A stretch of 64,000 nt of DNA from an uncultured virus (IMG/VR IMGVR_UViG_3300010362_000013) (lineage: Duplodnaviria > Heunggongvirae > Uroviricota > Caudoviricetes). Position numbers and translations under genes: made by a program. Shown here in pieces: positions 55,211 to 62,689 of the stretch. The DNA is taken from IMG/VR virus record IMGVR_UViG_3300010362_000013; one strand, written 5' to 3'. The notes under the pieces were generated by a model, which searched no databases, was not told where the DNA came from, and saw only the letters and a list, made by a program, of their open reading frames with translations. Position 1 is the first letter of the stretch, and the number at the start of each line of letters is the position of its first letter.

Positions 55211-55458
55211 TAGTGTTGATCCTCGTAGATCTCGCGTTCGTAGACCTTGTGGCCGGGACGGATTTGACCGGCGATCTGCGCAACTTTCGTGCGGTTTGGC
55301 TCGCTCAGGTCATTGAGTGTTGCCCAGGTACCGTCCTCGCGCTTGTAGATCACGTTGCCAGGAGCATTGTCATCGCGAGCGCGATCAAGTTCTTGGCGTA
55401 CATAGAAAGCCATTGTGCCGTTGAAGCGGCCCCAGGCACGGATGAGAATGTAATCCAT
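55210..55458 (-). CDS. Hypothetical protein
   Basis: MDYILIRAWG...; its SD lies in the Glu codons ending the HNH gene. Confidence 0.6.
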   Translation of the reverse strand: MDYILIRAWGRFNGTMAFYVRQELDRARDDNAPGNVIYKREDGTWATLNDLSEPNRTKVAQIAGQIRPGHKVYEREIYEDQH

Positions 55459-55460
55459 GT

Positions 55461-55823
55461 TTACTCCTCCTCCTCGAACATTTTGTGTCGTTGGGCATAC
55501 ATCCGCTCGCGATGGCATCGCTTGCAGCGAATCTCACCTCGCGGACTGATGTATGTATTAGTGTCGTTGTACTCGTGGCCTCTCGGACAGTGGGTTGGAC
55601 GATGTAAGAGCCTATGTGCGCTGTGCGGTAGGGCTTCTAAGTGAGTAATATTGATACACGCGCGGTTCTCACATCTGTGGTGAACCTCGTACCCTTCTGG
55701 GATAAAGCCGTAGTACTCCTCGTAGATGATTCGATGAGCCAACACTGTTACACCATTCTGGCGCAGGCAACCATAGCCTTGCGCTGTGAATCCATGCGGC
55801 CAGATGATGCAATCAGTCTTCAT
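55461..55823 (-). mobile_element. HNH homing endonuclease inserted at the 3' end of a small gene
   Basis: DC..W......GYG.......LAHR..YE...G.IPEG.EVHH.C.NRAC.N..HL and THCPRGHEY...NTY......R.CKRC. Confidence 0.88.
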
Positions 55824-56037
55824 CAGCGAACATCTTGTCCCAGCACGCCTCGCACATTGCCGAGTTGTTGAAATACTCGCGCCGACCGGCTTCTGTGTAA
55901 AACGTCGGTGGCTTCTTGCAGGAGACGCAGATGCCCTGCTCCCACGCCTCTTCGCGGGTCATGCCAAAACCCTCGCGATAGCCTTCGGTGAGAAAATCTT
56001 GGAGCGGAATGATCTTCGGGTACTCATCGTCAGGCAT
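55813..56037 (-). CDS. Zinc-finger small protein
   Basis: CVSC...F.TE..RREY..S.MCEACWDKMF. Confidence 0.65.
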   Translation of the reverse strand: MPDDEYPKIIPLQDFLTEGYREGFGMTREEAWEQGICVSCKKPPTFYTEAGRREYFNNSAMCEACWDKMFADED

Positions 56038-56326
56038 GTTGTTCCTTCCGTCGTTGTAAATATGCTTTGAAGCCCCGGCGCAAGAGCCGCTTGCGGTAGG
56101 GATTCAGATCGGCGGCAGTGGTGTCCTTGAGCCACTGATCGACCTCAGCCGTAGAGATCACGTATGATGTCACCAATGTATACTCAGCGCCGATCACCCA
56201 CGGCAGATGCTTGGTACCGTTCTTCGCCAGGTTCTCAAGAATCATCCCGGCCAGGTCAGCAGCGTCGGCATCGCGCGTGAGGGCGTCGTTCTTGATCTCG
56301 ATTTCTGTCAAGATTGTGAACTTCAT
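56030..56326 (-). CDS. Hypothetical protein
   Basis: MKFTILTEIE...; ATGA coupled. Confidence 0.55.
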   Translation of the reverse strand: MKFTILTEIEIKNDALTRDADAADLAGMILENLAKNGTKHLPWVIGAEYTLVTSYVISTAEVDQWLKDTTAADLNPYRKRLLRRGFKAYLQRRKEQHA

Positions 56327-56556
56327 GTGGTTGTCACCCACACGATTGCTACAGCGATAGCCACCAGCAATAGCGCGAACAGGACAATGCCGATCGCACG
56401 ATGCCGTACGCGGCGGTAATATGCTTTGCGTCGCGCTTGATTGGCCCATGTCTGAGACTTGGCGCATGCCTCCTCCCAGGTGGTGATTGCGATTACGTTG
56501 CCATTCTGATCGCCGTCAGTGATCGACTTGTCCTGTTCTGTCAATTTTGTTGTCAC
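56323..56556 (-). CDS. Small membrane protein
   Basis: C-terminal AIGIVLFALLLVAIAVAIVWV. Confidence 0.55.
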   Translation of the reverse strand: MTTKLTEQDKSITDGDQNGNVIAITTWEEACAKSQTWANQARRKAYYRRVRHRAIGIVLFALLLVAIAVAIVWVTTT

Positions 56557-56876
56557 CTCGTCTTCCTTCCTATGCCGAAGTCACGGCCTCGCACTAGCAT
56601 GCCGAGAACGATGCCATCAAGCACCGCCGCCTGCAAGAGCGGCAGCAGACTCTCGGCATCAGATGACAGATTGACCGGCGTAGGCCGGTCCATTGGCATC
56701 AGGCGCGGGTCAAGACCATCGTGAATCATTGCGGCGCGTAAGGCACGCTGCTGGATGCACCAGTGAATTGCCTCCTCGTCGATGTCCATTCGCCGCAAAC
56801 ATTCCTCGATGCCATGCTCGCCAGCCAGTGCATCAGAATCGCGAGCGGCCTCTGAGAATGCTCGCTTGTCAATCAT
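56553..56876 (-). CDS. Hypothetical protein
   Basis: Tightly packed ORF. Confidence 0.55.
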   Translation of the reverse strand: MIDKRAFSEAARDSDALAGEHGIEECLRRMDIDEEAIHWCIQQRALRAAMIHDGLDPRLMPMDRPTPVNLSSDAESLLPLLQAAVLDGIVLGMLVRGRDFGIGRKTR

Positions 56877-56878
56877 AT

Positions 56879-57502
56879 TTATTCACGCTCCTTGTCAACG
56901 TGTGTTTCCTCGCCGTCAGGATCGGTGAGAATGCTGACGACAAAACCACCGGTCCACCAGTGGCCTTGTGGTAGCTCCCAGTCGGCGTCAGTGGTTTCAG
57001 TCACAACTATGCCGCGCGGTGCGGTGCGCGACATCGTGAATACGCCCTCGCCTTTGACCTCGCCCTTGCTGTTGAATGAGCGCACGTCGATGCAGTAGTG
57101 CCGGTTCTTCTTCTCGCCTTCGTAGTCGCCGCTGGCGAAGTCAAACATATTGAGCCAGAGGACGCCACCCTCCCACTCGATTGCGACGTGCCGCTGGTAC
57201 TCGCGCTGGCCGGGACTATGCGGCGGGGACTTGGGATCGTCCAGCAGGTTGATGCGAGTGTCGGCATCGAAGCCCATCGACTGCTCGGCCCTGACAATGT
57301 TGTCAGTTATGTTGGCGGTCGCTGCTTCAATGTCGCGTCGGTCCCAGCCCCACACCTCCATTGCAGCGAGGATCGCGTTCTCGCGGGTGTAGCCTTGCTT
57401 GAACTCGTTCGGATCGCCACGCATCAGGTCTGTCACGAATGCTGCGATGGCAGTCTCCGGGTAGGGACCATGCCTGTCAAGATACTCCTGCTTGATTGTC
57501 AT
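56879..57502 (-). CDS. Hypothetical protein
   Basis: SD AAGGAG; 207 aa. Confidence 0.6.
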   Translation of the reverse strand: MTIKQEYLDRHGPYPETAIAAFVTDLMRGDPNEFKQGYTRENAILAAMEVWGWDRRDIEAATANITDNIVRAEQSMGFDADTRINLLDDPKSPPHSPGQREYQRHVAIEWEGGVLWLNMFDFASGDYEGEKKNRHYCIDVRSFNSKGEVKGEGVFTMSRTAPRGIVVTETTDADWELPQGHWWTGGFVVSILTDPDGEETHVDKERE

Positions 57503-57768
57503 ACGACTCTCCTTAGTTTCTCGTCACCCGGATGGATCTGACCGACGTAGCGGTCCATTGGTCCCGGCGACGGATGGCTGTGATAGATGTGAAAGCGCTC
57601 GATCTCTGAGTTGTCGCGTAGCATGTTTATTGCCAACGCTACGGCGCGCTTCTCACCGGCAGCCTCCGTTGTATAGCTGCCGACGATTTGACGCTGCCCC
57701 CATTTGTGCATGCCGCTGATGATCGGGACGATGCTGTACTCATGCTTGCTGGGATCTCGTACTGTCAT
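57499..57768 (-). CDS. Hypothetical protein
   Basis: Tightly packed ORF. Confidence 0.55.
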   Translation of the reverse strand: MTVRDPSKHEYSIVPIISGMHKWGQRQIVGSYTTEAAGEKRAVALAINMLRDNSEIERFHIYHSHPSPGPMDRYVGQIHPGDEKLRRVV

Positions 57769-57770
57769 TA

Positions 57771-58052
57771 TTATTCCTTATCGCCGATGTTCTTGAGACT
57801 GCCTGCGAGGAAAAGTTCATTGCCTTTGTGAGCGCGGGCGATAATTTCTTTGTTGTTGGTTATGTAGAAGTGTTCTTCGATTTTGCCGCTAGTCTTGTCA
57901 CGAAGCATTTCAATGATGGCTTCGTGATTCTTGCCTTGGTCATTCTTGGTCATCTTACGTAGCCAATCGGCAGCGAAGTAGATATCGCCTTCGTTAGTAC
58001 CATAGGGACCGCGAATGCTGCCGCTATGTTTGCCTTGTCCATAATCAGGCAT
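57771..58052 (-). CDS. Hypothetical protein
   Basis: SD AGGAGGT; more AT-rich than its neighbours. Confidence 0.55.
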   Translation of the reverse strand: MPDYGQGKHSGSIRGPYGTNEGDIYFAADWLRKMTKNDQGKNHEAIIEMLRDKTSGKIEEHFYITNNKEIIARAHKGNELFLAGSLKNIGDKE

Positions 58053-58054
58053 GA

Positions 58055-59044
58055 TTACCTCCTGAATTCGACAGCTTTGTCAGGATGAATGAAGGGTGCG
58101 CCTTCTGGACCTCTGATGTACGGTGCGATCCAGATCTGCCGGTAGTACGGCTTTTCGCCTTTCTTGCCGTAGGGCTGATTGCGCCAGTGTCCATCAGTAA
58201 TACTGCGAACTTTCATGTGCCTGCCGGTTTCCTCGCCTTTGTAGACAGACTCCTTGGCACGGCGTAGCAACAGTACTTTGACCTCGCGATGACGGATACC
58301 AGTCTTGCGTTCAGCGTCACGCCAGATGCCACGGGGAATGCGTTCGGGTACGCTCACACGCTGTTGACCAATGCGCCAAAATGTTTGCACCAATGCTGCT
58401 TGCTGGCGCGCACGCAGTTGTCCTGTTCCTGGTACTTCTTCGGGCGTTTCGATGGCCTGTAGTTCCATTGGGTTATTGCCCCACGTCCACTGCCATTGAT
58501 GTGCAAGGCTCAACGGTGCATGGCGGCGGAAGTACTCGGTTCGGTCGGTGTCAAGGAACTCCTCGGTGTCATCAATGTGACTAAAGAATGAGATCCAGAA
58601 GCAACCACGCTCCATCGTCTCGTCATGCATCGATAGCCAGCCGAGCGCGCGTATTGGTACCCGCTCCTTGTACTCCTTGATCTGCTTGCCATCAAATGTG
58701 TTGATATCAGGCGCGTCGTCAAGGTAGATCGGACGGGGAAAGAGGGCGAATCCTTGGGGCACGAATGGGTCACCGGGCATCAGTGCCTCTGGTTCAAATG
58801 ACCAGCGCGCGTGATCGACAATCTCAAGAATCTCGTCGCCAACGTAGATTGGATCAGCAGTCTTGACCATCTGCTTTTGCAGATAGATTAGACCTTCGAC
58901 GCCAAGCCGTTCCTCGGCAATGTGCCTGCTGTTCAGATCCTCGAAGAATTCGCGTAGCGAAGCAGTGCCGGTATATGTCTCATACCATTCATGGATGCGT
59001 AGCTTGGTGAGCATTGCATCTTCATATCTTGAATAGCGCTCCAT
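58055..59044 (-). CDS. Conserved phage hypothetical protein
   Basis: SD AAGGAGG; C-terminal GHWRNQPYG...IWIAPYIRGP motif. Confidence 0.7.
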   Translation of the reverse strand: MERYSRYEDAMLTKLRIHEWYETYTGTASLREFFEDLNSRHIAEERLGVEGLIYLQKQMVKTADPIYVGDEILEIVDHARWSFEPEALMPGDPFVPQGFALFPRPIYLDDAPDINTFDGKQIKEYKERVPIRALGWLSMHDETMERGCFWISFFSHIDDTEEFLDTDRTEYFRRHAPLSLAHQWQWTWGNNPMELQAIETPEEVPGTGQLRARQQAALVQTFWRIGQQRVSVPERIPRGIWRDAERKTGIRHREVKVLLLRRAKESVYKGEETGRHMKVRSITDGHWRNQPYGKKGEKPYYRQIWIAPYIRGPEGAPFIHPDKAVEFRR

Positions 59045-59125
59045 GTTCCTCCTTGTCACACACACGGAAGAGGGGCGATTCACACCGCCCCTCAACCATG
59101 TTGTCAACGGCGTACCTCAGACCGC

Positions 59126-59479
59126 TTATCGGGTTGCTTTGCCTTGACCGTGCTGACCGGACTCCATGCCTTCGAGATCGGCCAGTGAGCGCCAGCTTTC
59201 GTAGATCGGGAGCGGTACGTCAAGGATGCCTTCCTCGGCTTCCTCCTGTCCCTTCACTGCCAGGTACATATGGCAGCGGGCATGCAGATCGACCTCCACG
59301 CCGTTCGCCTTGTCATGAAGCATGAGAAGCGAGCAAGTGTTGATGCGATCCGGGTCAAGCTCCTTGACAAGCATTGGGATGTTGAGCTTGCGATTCAGGT
59401 CCAGCTTCTCTGCCGCTTTTGCGGCTTCGATGACTTGATGCCGGTTCATGAGCTTGGTGCTGCTCTTACTGCTGTCCAT
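59126..59479 (-). CDS. Hypothetical protein
   Basis: Own promoter and SD AGGAGG. Confidence 0.6.
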   Translation of the reverse strand: MDSSKSSTKLMNRHQVIEAAKAAEKLDLNRKLNIPMLVKELDPDRINTCSLLMLHDKANGVEVDLHARCHMYLAVKGQEEAEEGILDVPLPIYESWRSLADLEGMESGQHGQGKATR

Positions 59480-59509
59480 CGATTCCTCCTGTCGTCGGGA
59501 TGACAGATC

Positions 59510-59538
59510 ACCCTACCACCCGCGCTTTGTCCTGTCAA
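59510..59538 (-). promoter_or_regulatory. Sigma70-type promoter TTGACA-17-TAGGGT with AT-rich upstream region
   Basis: -35 at 59533-38, TGG extension, -10 at 59510-15. Confidence 0.6.
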
Positions 59539-59590
59539 GTATATTTATGGAACTTTCTGTTTGTCAAGTATTGCGCCGAAAAAATACGCC

Positions 59591-59773
59591 TTACTTGATA
59601 AGCGCCTTGCGTGCTGCCTGAATGCGCGCGATCTCGTCCTCGATCACCGCGATATCGACCTGATGCTGCTTGACCTGTGCGCGCAGTAGCATTTCGCGCT
59701 GCTCAAGGTCGTGATCCATGTTCTCCACGAACTCGCCGCGCTGTGTCTCGGTGGTGTTGTTGTTACGTGCCAT
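59591..59773 (-). CDS. Small coiled-coil protein
   Basis: SD CAGGAG; MARNNNTT... Confidence 0.55.
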   Translation of the reverse strand: MARNNNTTETQRGEFVENMDHDLEQREMLLRAQVKQHQVDIAVIEDEIARIQAARKALIK

Positions 59774-59908
59774 GCTGTTCTCCTGTCGTCTGTATTGATA
59801 AGTGGAACCGGGTTGCTGGATCACTTCCCCGGCCCCGATGCCCCGCGACTCTCAACCCCGTAAGGGGCAGGGACCAGAGGGCGTTGCGATCATACCATAG
59901 ATCGCCGT

Positions 59909-60094
59909 TTAGACGCGCGGCCCGATTCGCCGCGCCTCAGTGCGCACGGCAAGCGTCCGCTCGATGCTCGACAGCACCGACGCGGGGCTGCGGTTTTCCA
60001 GCGTGAGCAGCCGTTCGATGATCTCGACGTACTCCTCATCGCTGACCGGCTGTCGGATACGTGGAGCGAGCGGCCTCAGCAGTTCCGTTGTCAT
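59909..60094 (-). CDS. Hypothetical protein
   Basis: MTTELLRPLAP... directly after the lipoprotein stop. Confidence 0.45.
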   Translation of the reverse strand: MTTELLRPLAPRIRQPVSDEEYVEIIERLLTLENRSPASVLSSIERTLAVRTEARRIGPRV

Positions 60095-60095
60095 T

Positions 60096-60836
60096 TCAGT
60101 GGTAGGTACGGAAGACTCCGATGGTGTGCTCAGGCTTGTCGCTGAACGCATCGGCGTCGGAGAACTGCAACACACTGAGGTTGCCATCCTTAGCGAGTCC
60201 GTCAACGTGACTGGCAGCGACCTTGAAAATCACGTCGCCCGTGGCGGTTTCGTCGGGCTGGATCTCCTCGTAGATGAGGGGATTGTCACCATTGTTCATG
60301 GCATTGAAGTTCGGATTTGATGTCTTGCCCTCGACAGAGAGCGAGAACATATCCGACGCATCGACCTCGACGGGATCGTCAAGCTTGTTGGTAATGCTCA
60401 CGTTGGCGATGACGTACGAGCCGACAAGTGGCGACTCATACTCGCGATGGATGGAACTGACGGCCTCGATTGAATTGAGGCGGACGTTCATCTGCGGCAG
60501 TGTAAGGGCGTGGTCGCGATTAGTAATCTTGACAGACTGCCCCTGCGTGATGCAGGTACCTTCGCGTAACCCCTTCCGGTCGATGCCAAGAACCTCACAA
60601 TCCTTGCTGTCGCTCTTGGTCTGAATGCCAGGATCGTTGGGATCGAAGTCATCGGCGTTGGGAGTGCCGTCGTTGTCCGAATCCGGGGGATCAGGCGTGG
60701 TCTGTGTTGGCGCAGGCGTCTGCTGCTTCTGAGCGGGCTGCTCAGTAGCCTTGACGTTGGCCGTGCTCGGGTTGTCGCTACCGCATGCGGTCACGAAAAA
60801 GGCTGCCAAAATGGCAGCCAGAACAGCGTACTTCAT
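60096..60836 (-). CDS. Lipoprotein with DUF4352-like Ig-fold domain
   Basis: Signal peptide and lipobox VTA-C; YVIANVSITN...EIQPDETATGDVIFKV; DSDNDG...DD.DPND calcium-type repeat. Confidence 0.75.
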   Translation of the reverse strand: MKYAVLAAILAAFFVTACGSDNPSTANVKATEQPAQKQQTPAPTQTTPDPPDSDNDGTPNADDFDPNDPGIQTKSDSKDCEVLGIDRKGLREGTCITQGQSVKITNRDHALTLPQMNVRLNSIEAVSSIHREYESPLVGSYVIANVSITNKLDDPVEVDASDMFSLSVEGKTSNPNFNAMNNGDNPLIYEEIQPDETATGDVIFKVAASHVDGLAKDGNLSVLQFSDADAFSDKPEHTIGVFRTYH

Positions 60837-60897
60837 GATTACTCCTGTGGGTTGGATGTGTTGTAAACGATACTGCGGTACTACACTAAACGGTGTC

Positions 60898-61095
60898 TTA
60901 CTTGTTAGGCAGCAATTTCACCGTGATACGTACACGGCGCACTTCCGGCTTCTTGGACTCGCCTCCAGTGTTGTCTTCGACCCAGCGACCGAGCGAGGGA
61001 ACATCCCCCTGCTCAGTTTCGGTGTCGGGCAGAAAAACGTGGCCGAAGCCGTCGATTTCCATGCGCCCTACGTACTCTCCGAAATCCTCCATCAC
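60898..61095 (-). CDS. Hypothetical protein
   Basis: Coupled ORF. Confidence 0.5.
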   Translation of the reverse strand: MMEDFGEYVGRMEIDGFGHVFLPDTETEQGDVPSLGRWVEDNTGGESKKPEVRRVRITVKLLPNK

Positions 61096-61487
61096 GCAAC
61101 CTGCTTGTCGATCTCGCGGTTGAACTGACGACGAAATTCGTCAGTAATGCTGGTCGGCGTCTTGCCAAATATGCGCTTGGTCCACTGTGTGCGCGTCTCG
61201 TCGGTGACATTGACGCGCAGGCCGATGTGGGCAAGGAACTCCTCGTTGCTCACGTACCACGGCGAACCGTCGCCATGAATGAGGAAGTGACCATGCAGCT
61301 TCTCCATGATGCGGAAGCGCGCGACCCACTCGTCAATGTTGCTGCGAGAAATCTCGCTGAGGCCAACGCTGATCGAACCGAAGATCAGCGCTTCTGTGAC
61401 CGGGTTCATGCGCGTTTCGTCACCCTCCCCGATCCAGACAACCTCCTTGTAGTTGTCGATCTTCTCGAACCAGTAGTGTAAAGCCAC
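61092..61487 (-). CDS. Hypothetical phage protein
   Basis: SD AGGAG; HIGLRVNV motif. Confidence 0.6.
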   Translation of the reverse strand: MALHYWFEKIDNYKEVVWIGEGDETRMNPVTEALIFGSISVGLSEISRSNIDEWVARFRIMEKLHGHFLIHGDGSPWYVSNEEFLAHIGLRVNVTDETRTQWTKRIFGKTPTSITDEFRRQFNREIDKQVA

Positions 61488-61512
61488 TTTACTTTCTCCT
61501 AGGATTATGTTG

Positions 61513-61812
61513 TCAGATACGATCTAGGGCTGTGCCCCAGACCACTTCGCCGTCGATGAGCACGCGCTCAAGCGCGGCGTGTGGGATTGTCCAGCGGCCA
61601 CGACCGGCGTTTGGTTCGCCTGCCTTCCACGCTTCCCAGGAGCGCGTTGTCTCGAAGCTGATGCCCTCGCCGTTATCCACAATGCTGATGACATTGCGGA
61701 AGTGATCGTATTGCTCACCGTTGAGCGTGTCCAGATCGAGCCGGTTGCAGGTATCCCACGACGCCTCGACGGCGACGTTCGTTGGTGGCCCGGAGTAAAT
61801 GTTGCGTTCCAT
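61513..61812 (-). CDS. Hypothetical protein
   Basis: SD AAGGAG. Confidence 0.55.
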   Translation of the reverse strand: MERNIYSGPPTNVAVEASWDTCNRLDLDTLNGEQYDHFRNVISIVDNGEGISFETTRSWEAWKAGEPNAGRGRWTIPHAALERVLIDGEVVWGTALDRI

Positions 61813-61820
61813 GTTTCTCC

Positions 61821-62159
61821 TTAGCTCTTGCTGCCGTGCTTGTGCTGGTAAAGAACCTCGTCCAGCGCCATCCGGCAGGTGGTCGCCCAGCCCTCGTAGA
61901 TGAACTCCTCACCGAGATACTTCTCGATTTCATCGTCAGGAGTATTGGCGACAATCTGTTCCTCATCATCGGTGAGCGTGCTGTCGATGTGCTCACGAAA
62001 CGCATCGACAGTGAAGACCAGGCGCTCATCGATCTTGCAGACGGGATTGAGACGCGCGACGATCTTGCGATAACCGCGTTTGGTCAGTTCACCAATAATG
62101 ATCGCCATGTCAGCATCGCTGATGTCGTAGGTACGATATTCGATAGTGTTGCTGCTCAT
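61821..62159 (-). CDS. Hypothetical protein
   Basis: SD AAGGAGGT; ATGA coupled. Confidence 0.55.
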   Translation of the reverse strand: MSSNTIEYRTYDISDADMAIIIGELTKRGYRKIVARLNPVCKIDERLVFTVDAFREHIDSTLTDDEEQIVANTPDDEIEKYLGEEFIYEGWATTCRMALDEVLYQHKHGSKS

Positions 62160-62500
62160 CGGATCTCGTAGACCTCCTTCGTGGTTTCATTTTGCACCAT
62201 CCATTTCAGGAGGTGCGCTAGATGCAGTAGTGTTGCGGTGTTGGTGGGTGTGCGCGTCTGCCTGCCTTTGCCGTCGATCAATGGGATCGCAAGCGCCTCG
62301 CGTGCGGGCACACAGGACTCGTCGCTGTCCACGATCAGGCAGCGCGACGAATCCAGATACAGCACACCGTCGTCGGTTTCCTCGGGTGTGCGTCCGCTGT
62401 CATCAGCGATGACGTATTTGATGCCATCCTCAGTCATGGTTGAGAACAGTCGGTGCCCATCGGGCAAGCGATACTCGAACTTCCAGTACCAGTTTGTCAT
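62156..62500 (-). CDS. Hypothetical protein
   Basis: IADDSG.TP..TDDGVLYLD. Confidence 0.55.
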   Translation of the reverse strand: MTNWYWKFEYRLPDGHRLFSTMTEDGIKYVIADDSGRTPEETDDGVLYLDSSRCLIVDSDESCVPAREALAIPLIDGKGRQTRTPTNTATLLHLAHLLKWMVQNETTKEVYEIR

Positions 62501-62689
62501 TTACTCCACCTCGGGCACCCAGTCCGTCACGAACTCGGTGCTGCCTTGAACGACGTTGACCTGCATGATGAAGTCGCCCAACTTGGCGTCAAGCGACTCG
62601 GCATGCTCGTCGTAGATTTGCTGGGCAACATCATTCACGTCACCGTCAGTGACATCCTTGATGTCAATGATGATGCGGTAGTCAGGCAT
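62501..62689 (-). CDS. Small acidic protein
   Basis: TAATG coupled to the helicase. Confidence 0.55.
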   Translation of the reverse strand: MPDYRIIIDIKDVTDGDVNDVAQQIYDEHAESLDAKLGDFIMQVNVVQGSTEFVTDWVPEVE

